Assembly: GCA_963665325.3 (NCBI GenBank)
Contig: CAXXWS020000003.1
Coordinates: forward strand, 480,001 to 544,000
Reading direction: 5' to 3'
From: Alphaproteobacteria bacterium
GTDB taxonomy: Bacteria; Pseudomonadota; Alphaproteobacteria; Bin95
Length of the DNA: 64,000 bases
In this document: one piece after another, positions 1 through 10,331 of the stretch
Layout of the letters: each line of letters begins with the position of its first letter
How positions within the stretch are numbered: position 1 is the stretch's first letter
The notes under the pieces: model-generated
What the model was told of the DNA's origin: nothing
Database searches by the model: none
Seen by the model: the letters and a program-made list of their open reading frames with translations, nothing else
Translations under genes and position numbers: made by a program

Positions 1-1330
1 GCGCCGTCTCCAACTGCCCGATCTGCACCCGTTTCGCAGCCCGGTCGGCTTCCACTTCCGCCAGACGCGCCGAAAGACGCTCGATTTCCAACTGTGCGGC
101 CGCAATCTCCGAGCGCGCCGTCTCCGCCTCCGAGGCCCGGCCCGCCTCGACCTGCTTCAGCCGCTCGGCGAGGCGCCCGATTTCCGTCTCCGCCGCCGCC
201 AGCGCCCGCTCCAGCGCCGCGATGTCCGACTGCGCCGCGGCGGCTTCCCCGGCGCGCGCGGCCGCCAGCCGGGCGATTTCCTCCTGCCCGGCCGTCCGCG
301 CCGCCTCGGTTTCCGACAGCCGCGCCGAGAGGCGCCCGATCTCGATTTCGGCCGCTGCCAGCGCATTCTTGAGCGCGGTGACATCGGCTTCCGCCGCTTC
401 GGTCTTGTCCGCCAGCGCCGTCTTGAGCCGCGCTGCCTCGTCATTCGCCTGGGCGAGCGCGCGACGGGCTTCGCCCAGCGCTGCCTTGAGTCGCTCGGCC
501 TCGGCGGCCTGAGCATCGCCCTCGGTCCTGAGGGCGGCCAAATCTTCCTCCAGCGCCGCGCGCGCTGCCAGGAGGCCGCGAATCATCCGGTTGAGTTCGG
601 TCAGCTTCTCCGCCTGTGCAGCGACATCCTCCCGGCTCGCCAGCAACGCGGTGTCGAGACGCGCGATCTCCTCGGCTCTATCCGCCGATTCCACCTGCAC
701 CGTCTCGATCCGGGCCCTGAGGGTCTTCGCCTCCCGGTCACGCTCGGCAAGGCGCTCGAGATTTGCGGCGAGCAGGCGTTGCGCTTCGGCGAGCGCCTTG
801 TCGGCGTCGCTTTTCTGCTGGCGCGATTCGGAGAGCGCGGCTTCCAGCGCGTCCCGGCTGCGCTGGAGCGCGACCAGGTTGCGCTCCAGGCGTTCGATCT
901 CGCTCGCCTGGACCTGCACCCTGTCCCGGTCGGCGGCGGCACTGTCCGTCAGGCGGGCGAAGTCCTCTCGCAGCAGTTCGACCGTGCCGGCGGCCTGCTC
1001 CGCCTCCGCTGTCAGCACCTCCAGTCGGCCGGCATAGTCGTCCCGCGCATCGGAGGTGATGCGCAGCTCGGCTGTCAGCGCCTCCAGGTCTTCACGCAGG
1101 TCGGCATTGGTCGTCTGTTCGAGTGCCAGCATCTCGGCAAGCTCGGCGAGCTCGCGGTTGAGCCTCGTCAGCGCTGCATCGCGTCCGGAGAGTGCCTCGT
1201 TCAGGAAGAACTGCGCCAGCACGAAGACCATGACGAGGAAGACGACGACCATCAGCAGGCTCGCCAGCGCATCCACGAAGCCCGGCCAGGTGTTGATGTC
1301 CCGTCTGCGTCTGCTCGTCCTGCCCGCCAT
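1..1330 (-). CDS. MotB/OmpA-family peptidoglycan-binding membrane protein with long coiled coil (3' end runs off the window)
   Basis: Read manually from ATG at 1330: MAGRTSRRRRDINTWPGFVDALASLLMVVVFLVMVFVLAQFFL... (MotB-plug-like WPGFVDAL plus TM helix), then an Ala/Glu/Arg-rich coiled coil; absent from the ORF track, presumably because it is truncated. Confidence 0.8.
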   Translation of the reverse strand, partial: MAGRTSRRRRDINTWPGFVDALASLLMVVVFLVMVFVLAQFFLNEALSGRDAALTRLNRELAELAEMLALEQTTNADLREDLEALTAELRITSDARDDYAGRLEVLTAEAEQAAGTVELLREDFARLTDSAAADRDRVQVQASEIERLERNLVALQRSRDALEAALSESRQQKSDADKALAEAQRLLAANLERLAERDREAKTLRARIETVQVESADRAEEIARLDTALLASREDVAAQAEKLTELNRMIRGLLAARAALEEDLAALRTEGDAQAAEAERLKAALGEARRALAQANDEAARLKTALADKTEAAEADVTALKNALAAAEIEIGRLSARLSETEAARTAGQEEIARLAAARAGEAAAAQSDIAALERALAAAETEIGRLAERLKQVEAGRASEAETARSEIAAAQLEIERLSARLAEVEADRAAKRVQIGQLETA

Positions 1331-1360
1331 GTCGGTGCCGGTTGTCGGGAGCCTCCCGGA

Positions 1361-2137
1361 TCAGAGGCCCAGGATATCGCGCATGGAGTAGAGGCCCGGC
1401 GGCTTGCCCGCCGACCAGCGCACCGCCCGAAGCGCGCCGCGCGCAAAGAGCGAGCGGTCCATGCAGCGGTGCGTGAATTCGAGCCGCTCGCCCTCGCTCA
1501 CGAACATCACCGTGTGCTCGCCCACCACATTGCCGCCGCGCAGCGTCGCAAAGCCGATATCGCCGTCCCGCCGCGCGCCGGTATGGCCCTCGCGGCTCCA
1601 TTGCGCGACCCCGTCCAGATCGACGCCGCGCCCCGCTGCCGCAGCCCGGCCGAGGCCGACCGCCGTGCCGGACGGCGCATCGACCTTGTGCTTGTGGTGA
1701 ATCTCCATGATCTCGATGTCGTACTCGTCACCCAGCATCGCGGCGACGCGCTCGACCGTGGCGAACAGCGCGTTCACGGTGACGCTCATATTGGGCGCAT
1801 AGACGATGGGCAGGTTTTCCGCCGCCTTCGCGAGCGCCGCCTCCTGCCCGGCGTCGAGGCCGGTGGTGCCGATGACATGGCGCGTGCCGGCCGCGGCTGC
1901 CATCGCGGCATGCTCGACTGTCGGGCCGGGCAGGGTGAATTCGATCGCTGCGTCGGCAGCCTCGAAGACCGCCGCCGCGTCACCGCCTACGGAGACGCCG
2001 CCGCCGAGGTCGCGCCCGATGGCCGGATGGCCCGGCACCTCGCAGGCTGCAGCAAGCTCCAGATCGTCCGCCGACTGCACGAGTTCCACCAGCAGTCCGC
2101 CCATCCGTCCGCCGGCTCCGATGATGCCAATCCGCAT
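1361..2137 (-). CDS. dapB: 4-hydroxy-tetrahydrodipicolinate reductase
   Basis: MRIGIIGAGGRMG Rossmann start, IGTTG, EIHHKHKVDAPSGTA signature; true start lies inside the 637-aa ORF. Confidence 0.97.
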   Translation of the reverse strand: MRIGIIGAGGRMGGLLVELVQSADDLELAAACEVPGHPAIGRDLGGGVSVGGDAAAVFEAADAAIEFTLPGPTVEHAAMAAAAGTRHVIGTTGLDAGQEAALAKAAENLPIVYAPNMSVTVNALFATVERVAAMLGDEYDIEIMEIHHKHKVDAPSGTAVGLGRAAAAGRGVDLDGVAQWSREGHTGARRDGDIGFATLRGGNVVGEHTVMFVSEGERLEFTHRCMDRSLFARGALRAVRWSAGKPPGLYSMRDILGL

Positions 2138-2194
2138 TTCCTTGCCTCCGGCTCTTGCGGCAACAGGGCTGCATGTAGCATGAAACGGCCCGAA

Positions 2195-2962
2195 ATGACC
2201 GAAACTCGTATCTATGTCCTCGGCAATGAGAAGGGCGGCACCGGTAAATCCACGGTGGCGTTCAATCTCGCCGTCGGGCTGTTGCGCGCCGGCAAATCCG
2301 TCGGCTGCATCGATCTCGATCCTCGCCAGGCGACGCTTGCGCGCCAGGTCGAGAACCGCCGCGCCTTCGCCGGGCGCACCGGAACCGCGCTGCCGGAGCC
2401 GGAGGTCGAAATCGCTGACGGGCCGGAGGCGCTGGACGGGGCGCTGGATGCGCTTTCCGGCCGCCACGATGCGGTGGTGGTCGATACGCCGGGCCGGCCG
2501 GACCCGGCGGCCCAGCGCGCCCATGCCCGTGCGGATGTGCTGATCACGCCGGTGAACGACAGCCATGTCGATCTCGACCTGATCGGGCGGCTGGACCCCG
2601 GCACGCGGTCCTCGGCGCGTCCCGGTGTCTATGCGGAGATGGTCTGGAAGCAGCGCATGGTCCGAGCGGGGTCCGGGCGCAAGGCGCTCGACTGGATCGT
2701 GATGCTGAACCGGGTGCGCCAGGTCGATTCTCACAATACGCGGGAAGTCCGGGGACTCTTGCGGGACCTTGCCAAGCGCTTCGCCTTCGAGATCGCGCCC
2801 GGCTTCGGCGAGCGCACGATCTTCCGCGAGATGTTCCCGGACGGGCTCGGGCTGATGGACCTGCGCCAGCCGGGCATCGACCGGGTGCTCTCCATGAGCC
2901 ATGTCGCAGCGCGCAACGAGGTGCGCCGGCTGCTCGACATGCTGGGCGTGCCGCCCGTCTAG
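2195..2962 (+). CDS. mipZ: Division plane positioning ATPase MipZ (ParA family)
   Basis: GNEKGGTGKST deviant Walker A, DLDPRQ, DTPG, TPVNDSHVDLD, C-terminal SMSHVAARNEVR typical of MipZ; alternative start 2180. Confidence 0.88.
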   Translation: MTETRIYVLGNEKGGTGKSTVAFNLAVGLLRAGKSVGCIDLDPRQATLARQVENRRAFAGRTGTALPEPEVEIADGPEALDGALDALSGRHDAVVVDTPGRPDPAAQRAHARADVLITPVNDSHVDLDLIGRLDPGTRSSARPGVYAEMVWKQRMVRAGSGRKALDWIVMLNRVRQVDSHNTREVRGLLRDLAKRFAFEIAPGFGERTIFREMFPDGLGLMDLRQPGIDRVLSMSHVAARNEVRRLLDMLGVPPV

Positions 2963-3056
2963 CCGGGGCCTTCGCGCTTGGCGCAACTGCATCCTGCTCC
3001 GCATATGCGGGTGATATCTTGCTACGATAATGCTTTCCGCGGCGGCGCAAGTTGAC

Positions 3057-4235
3057 ATGGCGGATAAACCGGAAATTCCAGAAAGCGGCAAGGCGATCGA
3101 CGCCGGCTGGCTGCAGCGGGCGCTGGCCGCCGGCGGCGCACCGGACCTCCCGGCCATCCGGAATGTCGCCGTAGAGGACATTGGCGACGGGATCGGCCTG
3201 ATGGGGGAAATCCTGCGCTGCCATGTGATCTGGGAGGAGAAAACGACGACGGCGCCCGAGAGCGTCGTCGTCAAGCTGCCTTCACAGAACCGGAAGAGCC
3301 TGCGCCTGGATCGACGCCTGTCGCTCTACAAGCGGGAATACGACTACTACCGGCATATAGGCGGACAGGCGCCGGTCCGTTCGCCGGCACTGCTGTACGG
3401 CGACTATGAGGAGGAGAGCCGGCGGTTCGTCCTGGTGCTCGAAGACCTGCGCGGCATGACCTCGTCGGACCAGATCGTCGGCGCCACCGCGGCGCAGGCA
3501 AGAAGCGTCGTAAGGGCGCTGGCGCGGCTCCACGGCTTCTATTGGAACACGACCGATCGCCCCCCGGCGTCGGAGCTCTACGACGGCTCCAGCCCCAAAT
3601 CGATCAAACTCATGCAACTCGCTTACCTGGCGAACCTTGCGCCGGCTCTCGACCGCCTTGGAGGCCTCTTCACCGGTGAAATGCGGCGGCTTGCCAGAGC
3701 CTATTGCCCGCTGCTGGCCGAACCTCCCAGCGGGATTGCTGCGCCCATGACTGTCATTCACGGCGATGTCCGCCTCGACAACATGTTTTTCGATTCCAGC
3801 GGCGGGGACGATGTCGCCCTGGTCGACTGGCAGGCCTGCTGCGTCGGCTACGGACTCTACGATGTCGCCTATTTTCTCGGCGGAAGCGTCCCTGTCGAAA
3901 TTCGCCGTGAAATCGAGCGAGAGGCCCTCAGCGAGTATCGGGACATCGTCTGTGGCATGGGCGTGCGCGACTTTGCGTTCGAGGACTGCTGGTGGCTCTA
4001 TCGGCAGAGCGTGCTCTCGCTCTTGCTGCCGATGGTTGTCGTATGCGGGGGACTGGACGTCGGTGACGACCGGACACGGCGATTGATGACAATCGCCGCG
4101 CAGCGAACCCTCGCCGCCATCGAGGACCTCAACGCCGCCGAATTACTGCCGGCGCGCCGGCCGTTCTTCAGCGTCGCGAACGGCGTTTCCGCTCTCTTCG
4201 GGGCCGCCTACCGGGTCCGCCGGGCGTTGCGCTAG
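3057..4235 (+). CDS. Phosphotransferase of the APH/choline/ecdysteroid kinase-like family
   Basis: VVVKLP, LVLEDL, HGDVRLDNMFF (Brenner-type motif) and LVDWQ. Confidence 0.85.
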   Translation: MADKPEIPESGKAIDAGWLQRALAAGGAPDLPAIRNVAVEDIGDGIGLMGEILRCHVIWEEKTTTAPESVVVKLPSQNRKSLRLDRRLSLYKREYDYYRHIGGQAPVRSPALLYGDYEEESRRFVLVLEDLRGMTSSDQIVGATAAQARSVVRALARLHGFYWNTTDRPPASELYDGSSPKSIKLMQLAYLANLAPALDRLGGLFTGEMRRLARAYCPLLAEPPSGIAAPMTVIHGDVRLDNMFFDSSGGDDVALVDWQACCVGYGLYDVAYFLGGSVPVEIRREIEREALSEYRDIVCGMGVRDFAFEDCWWLYRQSVLSLLLPMVVVCGGLDVGDDRTRRLMTIAAQRTLAAIEDLNAAELLPARRPFFSVANGVSALFGAAYRVRRALR

Positions 4236-5128
4236 GCGGAAGTTCCTGCGCCGTCGCGGTGCCAGGCCTCCCTGTCGAAAGCCACATGGTCGCCGAAGAA
4301 ATGGACTGCCCGGTCGAGATGCCGGATGTCCGAGGCGGAATAGGCCCGGCAAGGGCCGTCGAGCTTCTCCGCCGTCTCGCGCCCGTCCACCCAAGGCTCG
4401 GCAGATTGCAGCGTGCTCTGACGCTGCACCACATCCCAGATGTAGTAGTGGTGCGGGATGACGACATGGGGCCTGAGCGTGTCGATGATGTGCTCGACCA
4501 TGGCAAAGCCCATGACATGCTGCGAGCCGTCCACGGGCAGGAGCGCGATGTCTATGCGCCCGAGCGCCTCCCAGACCTCAGGCGGCGGGTTGTGTCGGTT
4601 GTCGCCCCAATGGAGGATGCGCAGCCCGCCGGTCTCGACCGTAAGGAGGCAATTATCCCAGGAACGCGGATTATCCGGCGGCTCGATGTTCGCGCCGCCG
4701 AACGCTGCATGGATTTTCTTGAAGTCGTAGAGCGCCGCACTCGAGTCCGTCGCGTGCTTGTCGGCAATGCCGCGAATGGCGACATCGGCGAACTCGTAGC
4801 GGCCGATGGGCCTGTCGAGCAGCACGTGCGCATCCAGCCGGTGCAGCGCGTCGTGGTCGAAATGCGCATGGGTGGACGCGCCGATGTCGACGGCCGTCAC
4901 CGGGAAATCGTGGAAATACCAGTCCCAATGGCGCGAGGGGTGGTTGCGCCAGGGATCGACCATGACGCTCACCCCCTTGGGCGAGGTGATCCGGAAGGCC
5001 GAACTGCCGAAATAGGCGATCTCGACCGGCCCCTCGCCCGCCGGCAACCGGTCGGCCTGCAGCTCCATCATCCGGTTGTGGTTGCTGGTCATCTGCCAGG
5101 CCGTCAGGCCCGTGTCTATCGCTGTCAT
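4232..5128 (-). CDS. MBL-fold metallo-hydrolase
   Basis: STHAHFDHD metal motif, LHWGD, IPHHY. Confidence 0.85.
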   Translation of the reverse strand: MTAIDTGLTAWQMTSNHNRMMELQADRLPAGEGPVEIAYFGSSAFRITSPKGVSVMVDPWRNHPSRHWDWYFHDFPVTAVDIGASTHAHFDHDALHRLDAHVLLDRPIGRYEFADVAIRGIADKHATDSSAALYDFKKIHAAFGGANIEPPDNPRSWDNCLLTVETGGLRILHWGDNRHNPPPEVWEALGRIDIALLPVDGSQHVMGFAMVEHIIDTLRPHVVIPHHYYIWDVVQRQSTLQSAEPWVDGRETAEKLDGPCRAYSASDIRHLDRAVHFFGDHVAFDREAWHRDGAGTSA

Positions 5129-5164
5129 CGTCTGTCCATTGCTGGGGAATCGGGCGCCGCCCGC

Positions 5165-6190
5165 TCAGGCGTTGCCGCGGTCTTCACGCCACAGGCCGAG
5201 CTTTTCCTGGACGACGCGGTCGGAGAAGCTGAACAGCACCGCATCGGTCCCGGCAGTGTGCCGCACCGCCTGCCAGCTCGGCACGACGAAAATGTCGCGC
5301 GGTCCCCATGAGAAGACCGTCTCTGCGCCGATGCGGGTTTCGCCGCTGCCCTCGACCACCGCGAAGACCGAAGCGTCCGTCGCGCGGTAGCTTGCGGTCT
5401 CGAACCCGGCGGGAAGCAATTGCAGATGCGCGGCGATGGTGGGCATGGCGTAGCTGCCGTCCACCGGGTTGGCATAGCGAAGCTTCAGGCCGTGGCAGGG
5501 GTCCCAGGCATCGCGCCGGCGCATCGCCTCCAGCGCCTCGCGCGAGCGGGCGTATGGGTAGTTGAACACCGGCGAGGCCAGAGAGCCGGGCTCCTGGTCT
5601 ACCGGCAGCAGACCCTGACCGTAGCGTGCGAGGCTGTCGCCCTCGGGACGCGAAAGCGGTTGGCGGCTTTCTCCGAGCCGCTCCGCGAAGGAGGCGTCGA
5701 AGAACTGCACCATCGGAATGTCCAGACCGTCGAGCCAGATCATCGGGCGGTCGGAGTCGTTGCCGTGGTCGTGCCAGGTCCAGTGCGGGGTGATGACGAA
5801 ATCGCCCTCCGCCATGGTCATGCGTTCGCCGTCCACCGCCGTGTAGGCGCCTTCGCCCTCGACCACGAAGCGTAGCGCCGACTGGCTGTGGCGGTGGGCG
5901 GGTGCGACCTCGCCGGGCAACACCAATTGCAGGCCGGCATAGAGCGAGGTAGTGATGCGCGAGGTGCCCCGGAGGCCCGGATTCTCCAGCACCAGAACCC
6001 GGCGCTCGGCCTCCTCGGCGCTGATGATGCCGCCGGACTGCATGACAGGGTCGCGCACCTCGTCCCAACGCCAGAGTGCGGGACGGCAGGCGCTGACTGG
6101 CTCGGGCGTAATCAGGCCGGCCATGACCTCCCAGAGCGGCGCCAGGTTCCGCGCCCCGATCTCCTCGTAGAACGCCGCCCTGTCCGTCAT
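5165..6190 (-). CDS. gtdA: Gentisate 1,2-dioxygenase
   Basis: AERRVLVLENPGL, PAHRHSQSALRF, WHDHGN, WLDGLDIP, FSFSDR..QEKLGLWRE; start MTDRAAFY. Confidence 0.93.
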   Translation of the reverse strand: MTDRAAFYEEIGARNLAPLWEVMAGLITPEPVSACRPALWRWDEVRDPVMQSGGIISAEEAERRVLVLENPGLRGTSRITTSLYAGLQLVLPGEVAPAHRHSQSALRFVVEGEGAYTAVDGERMTMAEGDFVITPHWTWHDHGNDSDRPMIWLDGLDIPMVQFFDASFAERLGESRQPLSRPEGDSLARYGQGLLPVDQEPGSLASPVFNYPYARSREALEAMRRRDAWDPCHGLKLRYANPVDGSYAMPTIAAHLQLLPAGFETASYRATDASVFAVVEGSGETRIGAETVFSWGPRDIFVVPSWQAVRHTAGTDAVLFSFSDRVVQEKLGLWREDRGNA

Positions 6191-6598
6191 CGCCGCCTCC
6201 GCCGCAATCGCCGCGCCACCATAGCCTGCGCGGCGGCGATTCCGAAGGATGCCTTCCGGGCACAGCAACCCCCCTGGAAAAAGGAAATTGCAATTGACCG
6301 CTGCACCGGGGACGCCTATTGACGAATCGTCAGACCCATTTGGCCAGTATGCATTATCGGCCTGGTCGATTGCCGGACGGCGCAGTATGCATTCCCGTTC
6401 GGCCGGCGTGCGAACGGACGCCGCGAGAAGGGAGACAATCGCGTGTCTCGAACGCCCCGCGGACTCAGGACCGAAAGCGCGTACAGCCGTTCCCGAGCCG
6501 GAAGGCCAGCTGCCGGCGCCGCGACGGGAGTCATTATCCGGAATTTTGCCGGCACAATGTCATCGATGTCCACAGGACCAGTCGAGTTGGGAGGAATC

Positions 6599-8020
6599 AT
6601 GAAGCACGCAAAACAAGCAGCCGGGTTTTGCCCAACGCGGAAGTTATCTGCGGGTTCGCCTGCCGTCCTGTCCCGGATCGCGGCTACCCTTGCCGTCCTT
6701 CTGGGGCTTGTATTCCTGCTCTACCCCGATGCCGCGGAGGCGGCGGCCGAGGTGGAGACGAAGTTCGTCCTCGACAGTTTCGCCTTCCTCGTCTGGGGCG
6801 CGCTGGTCATGTGGATGTGCGCCGGCTTCACCATGCTCGAATCGGGCTCCGTGCGCACCAAGAACGCCTCGGTCATCTGCCTGAAGAATATCGGCCTCTA
6901 TTCGATCGCCGGGCTCACCTTCTATTTCCTCGGCTACAACCTCATGTATGTCGGCGTCGAGGAGGGCGGCTGGATCGGGACCTTCTCGTTCCTCTACGGC
7001 ACGTCCGCCGACGAGATCGCCCTGCTGGGCGGCGATGCATCGAAGGCGGAGGCCGTTATCGGGAACGGCTATGCCGTCATGTCGGACTGGTTCTTCCAGA
7101 TGGTCTTTGTGGCGACGACGGCCTCCATCGTCTCCGGCGCGCTGGCGGAGCGGGTCCAGCTGTTCTCGTTCTTCGTCTTCATCGCGATCCTGACTGCAAT
7201 TATCTATCCAATCGTCGGCGCCTGGACCTGGGGCGGCGGCTGGCTCGCCCAGATGGGCTTCCAGGATTTCGCCGGCTCCACCATCGTCCACTCGACCGGC
7301 GGCTGGGCGGCGCTGGCGGGCGCCGTGATCGTCGGACCCCGGAGACATAAATTTCGCGCGGACGGCAGCGCGAGGGCCACGCCGCCGTCGAACGTGCCGG
7401 TCGTCACCCTCGGCGTCTTCATCCTCTGGCTCGGCTGGTTCGGCTTCAACGGCGGCTCGCAGCTGGCCCTCGGCAGCGCCGTGGATGTCGTGGCGCTCGC
7501 CAACATCCTCGCCAACACCAATCTCGCCGCCGCCGCCGGGGTGCTGGCCGCGCTCGCGCTCGCGAGGCCGCTGTTCGGGCGCATCGACCTGCTGGCGGGC
7601 CTGAACGGCGCCATTGGCGGCCTGGTCGCGATCACCGCCGGGCCGGACATCATCGAGCATTACTGGGCGGTCGTGATCGGCCTGATCGGCGGCGCGGTCA
7701 CGGTGGCCGGCCTGAAGCTGCTGGAGGTCCTGCGGATCGACGATGTCGTGGGCGCGATCCCGGCGCATCTCTTCGCCGGCGTCTGGGGCACGATGGCGGT
7801 GTGCATCGCCGCGGGCGGAGACGTGCTGGTCCAGTTGACCGGCGTGCTCGCCGTCGGCGCGTTCGTGTTCGGCGCCTCGCTGCTCATCTGGCTCGGCCTC
7901 AAACACACGATCGGCGCGCGCGTGTCCGACACCGTGGAGCAACTCGGTCAGGACACGGCCGAACTCGGCATCGAGGCCTATCCGGAGTTCGTGCTGATGC
8001 CGGAGGTGGACGACGACTAG
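6599..8020 (+). CDS. amtB: Ammonium transporter
   Basis: WFFQMVF, DFAGSTIVHSTGG, LGWFGFNGGS, IDDVVGAIPAH; GGAGG RBS before ATG 6599. Confidence 0.95.
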   Translation: MKHAKQAAGFCPTRKLSAGSPAVLSRIAATLAVLLGLVFLLYPDAAEAAAEVETKFVLDSFAFLVWGALVMWMCAGFTMLESGSVRTKNASVICLKNIGLYSIAGLTFYFLGYNLMYVGVEEGGWIGTFSFLYGTSADEIALLGGDASKAEAVIGNGYAVMSDWFFQMVFVATTASIVSGALAERVQLFSFFVFIAILTAIIYPIVGAWTWGGGWLAQMGFQDFAGSTIVHSTGGWAALAGAVIVGPRRHKFRADGSARATPPSNVPVVTLGVFILWLGWFGFNGGSQLALGSAVDVVALANILANTNLAAAAGVLAALALARPLFGRIDLLAGLNGAIGGLVAITAGPDIIEHYWAVVIGLIGGAVTVAGLKLLEVLRIDDVVGAIPAHLFAGVWGTMAVCIAAGGDVLVQLTGVLAVGAFVFGASLLIWLGLKHTIGARVSDTVEQLGQDTAELGIEAYPEFVLMPEVDDD

Positions 8021-8865
8021 GGTCGGGACTCAATTGGCCCACCAGGCGAGAGTTGCGGCGATGAAGACGGCCGACAAGAATGTATCGGCGCGTTTGTCGT
8101 AGCGGGTTGCGATACGGCGAAAGTCTTTGAGGCGACAGAACATACGCTCGATGCGGTTACGGAGCTTGTAGGCTGTGGCGTCGAAGGAGTGCGGGTTCTT
8201 CCGCGTGGACTGGGGCGGTATCACCGGTTCGCAGCCGCGGTCGGTGAGCCAGTTACGGAACTTGCGGGCATCGTAGGCCCTGTCGGCGATCAATCGCTTT
8301 GGTGCGGGGACCTGCTTCAGGAGAGCCCCGACCCCGGCAAGATCGTGGGCCTGGCCGGGCGCAAGGGTGAATGCCACGGGCCGGCCGGCCTCATCGGTCA
8401 GGGCGTGAATCTTGGTCGTCCGTCCGCCGCGAGATCGTCCGATCGCGTGTTCATATTCCCCCCTTTTGCGCCGGCAGCCGAACGGTGAGCCTTTACGTGG
8501 GTGGAATCGACAGCGGTCGTGCTGATCACGCCACTTGAGCCCGACAGGGCGTAGAACACATCCTCCCACACACCCTGTTTGCTCCACCGGTTGAACCGAT
8601 TGTAGATCGTCGTATAGGGGCCATACTCCGCCGGACAATCCCGCCAGCGCGCTCCGGTCTTCAACATGTGGACAATCCCAGAGATCACCCGGCGGTCATC
8701 AACCCGGTGTGCGCCGCGACGACCATGAGGAAGCCAAGGTTCGATCCGTGTCCATTCCTCCTCGCTCAACCAAAACAGCGTCCGCGCCATTCAAACCTCC
8801 ATATCGTTTGGAAACTTGAATCACATTCCAGACTCTGTCGGAATCCCCTAATCGAGTACAGACCC
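8020..8865 (-). mobile_element. IS5-family (IS427-like) insertion sequence
   Basis: Imperfect terminal IRs GGGTCGGGACTCAAT / GGGTCTGTACTCGAT; TA duplicated at 8018-8019 and 8866-8867; two overlapping transposase ORFs. Confidence 0.92.
8030..8790 (-). CDS. IS5 transposase, orfA (8398-8790) and orfB joined by a probable programmed frameshift
   Basis: orfA LSEEEW..IEPWLP, DDRRVISGI, WRDCPAEYG, VDST; orfB GRSRGGRTTKIH, ADRAYD, RNRIERMFCRLKDFRRIATRYDK; slippery AAAAGGGGGG on the minus strand at about 8458-8467. Confidence 0.9.
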
Positions 8866-8894
8866 TAAGCGGACGTCCGAACGCCGTCCCCGCG

Positions 8895-9743
8895 TCAGGC
8901 CATTCCGGCTTCGACGCGGGGGTCGGCGTCGGCGCGGTCTTCGGCGGCGTCTGCGAGCGCCGGGTCCGGGTCGCGCGGAAGCTGGATCATGACACGCAGG
9001 ATCTGGTCGCCGCGCGCGCCTCCCGCAGGGTCGGGCACACCCTTGCCCTTCAGCCTGAGCCGCGCGCCGGAACTCGTCATCGGCGCGATCCGCACCGTCA
9101 CCGGGCCATCGAGCGTCGGCGCGCGCACCTTGCCGCCCCGGACGGCCTCGGCAAGCGAGACGGGCAGATCGACCAGGATCGTGCGTCCCTCGCGGCGGAA
9201 CCAGCCATGCGGCTCGACTGCGATCTCGACCTCCGCATCGCCCGGCGGGCCACCGGAAGCGCCGGGCTCGCCCCGACCGGCGAGGCGCAGCCGTGCGCCG
9301 TCTTCGGTTGCCGGCGGCACGCTGAGTGCGATGCTCCGCCCCGATTTCAGTGAGAGTCGCACCGTGCCGCCCTTCACGGCGTCGAGGAAGGGCACCGAAA
9401 CCCGGTAGCGTGTATCGGCGCCGCGCCGCGGACGGTTGCGAAAACCGGAGAAGATGTCGCCGAACAGATCACCCGGATCGAACCCGGCATTTCTGCCGAA
9501 GCCGCCAAAAGGCGCCCGCTCGCGGCCCTCGGCGTCGATCTCACCGCGATCGAAGCGGGCGCGCTTGTCCGGGTCGCCCAGCAGGTCCCACGCGGCGGCG
9601 GCCTCCTTGAACCGCGCCTCGGCCCTCGCATCCCCCGGATTACGGTCCGGATGGTTCTCCTTGACGATGCGCCGGTATGCCCGCTTCAGCCTCTCGGCGT
9701 CGGCATCGCGCGGGCAATCGAGAGCCGCATAGGGATCGCGCAT
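8895..9743 (-). CDS. DnaJ-class chaperone (CbpA-like, J domain plus DnaJ C-terminal domain)
   Basis: HPDRNPGD J motif, C-terminal LRLKGKG..GDQ; no zinc finger. Confidence 0.9.
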   Translation of the reverse strand: MRDPYAALDCPRDADAERLKRAYRRIVKENHPDRNPGDARAEARFKEAAAAWDLLGDPDKRARFDRGEIDAEGRERAPFGGFGRNAGFDPGDLFGDIFSGFRNRPRRGADTRYRVSVPFLDAVKGGTVRLSLKSGRSIALSVPPATEDGARLRLAGRGEPGASGGPPGDAEVEIAVEPHGWFRREGRTILVDLPVSLAEAVRGGKVRAPTLDGPVTVRIAPMTSSGARLRLKGKGVPDPAGGARGDQILRVMIQLPRDPDPALADAAEDRADADPRVEAGMA

Positions 9744-10219
9744 CAGGCCGCGGGCTGGACGATCTTCCAGCTACCGTCCGGCTGGCGGCAGGCCGTGCCA
9801 TAGGCAGTCTGCTCCTCGCCGCCGACGATGATGCCCGTCTGGAATTCGCGGCAATACTGGCCCGAATCCTCCTGCCAGGTGCGCGTCGGCACGACCCAGC
9901 CGGAATTGCCGCTGTCGGGGTTCTCCCACTCCGTCCGGCTGCCGACGCGCCCGCGTTCCAGCGCGCCCTGCGTCGTCTGCTCGGCGGTGATACGGTCGGC
10001 TTCGTCCAGGTCCCTGCCCAGCCTGCTGCCGAGCATGGCCCCGAGCAGCGTGCCGGCGGCGATGGCCACCTTGCGTCCGCGGCCCTTGCCGACCTCGTTG
10101 CCGAGGACCGCGCCGCCGACGCCGCCGATAATGGTGCCGAGAGTCTGCTTTGGGCCCTGGTCGGGGCTGCAGGCGGCCAGCAGGAAGACGGCTGCCGCAA
10201 CGGCGATAACTTGTTTCAT
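9743..10219 (-). CDS. RT0821/Lpp0805-family (17 kDa surface antigen-like) glycine-zipper lipoprotein
   Basis: Lipobox LAAC, glycine zipper, WENPDSG, YCREFQ, YGTACRQPDGSW. Confidence 0.9.
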   Translation of the reverse strand: MKQVIAVAAAVFLLAACSPDQGPKQTLGTIIGGVGGAVLGNEVGKGRGRKVAIAAGTLLGAMLGSRLGRDLDEADRITAEQTTQGALERGRVGSRTEWENPDSGNSGWVVPTRTWQEDSGQYCREFQTGIIVGGEEQTAYGTACRQPDGSWKIVQPAA

Positions 10220-10331
10220 CGATAGACCGCCCCTTGTTCCGACCGGAACCGCGCGCTTGCCTCGGCGGCAGCCCGGCCTATTGTGGATATCCACTCATCA
10301 ATAAGGTGCGCCGGGGGCGTTTCGTCAAGAG

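Noticed and set aside
779-2194. Long N-terminal extension of the 727-aa ORF
   Set aside because: Overlaps dapB and the MotB-like gene on the opposite strand; only the MipZ part is real.
6290-6598. Sigma-54/NtrC promoter for amtB
   Set aside because: TGGCCAGTATGC has the wrong GG-GC spacing and only an NtrC half-site (TGCACC) is visible.
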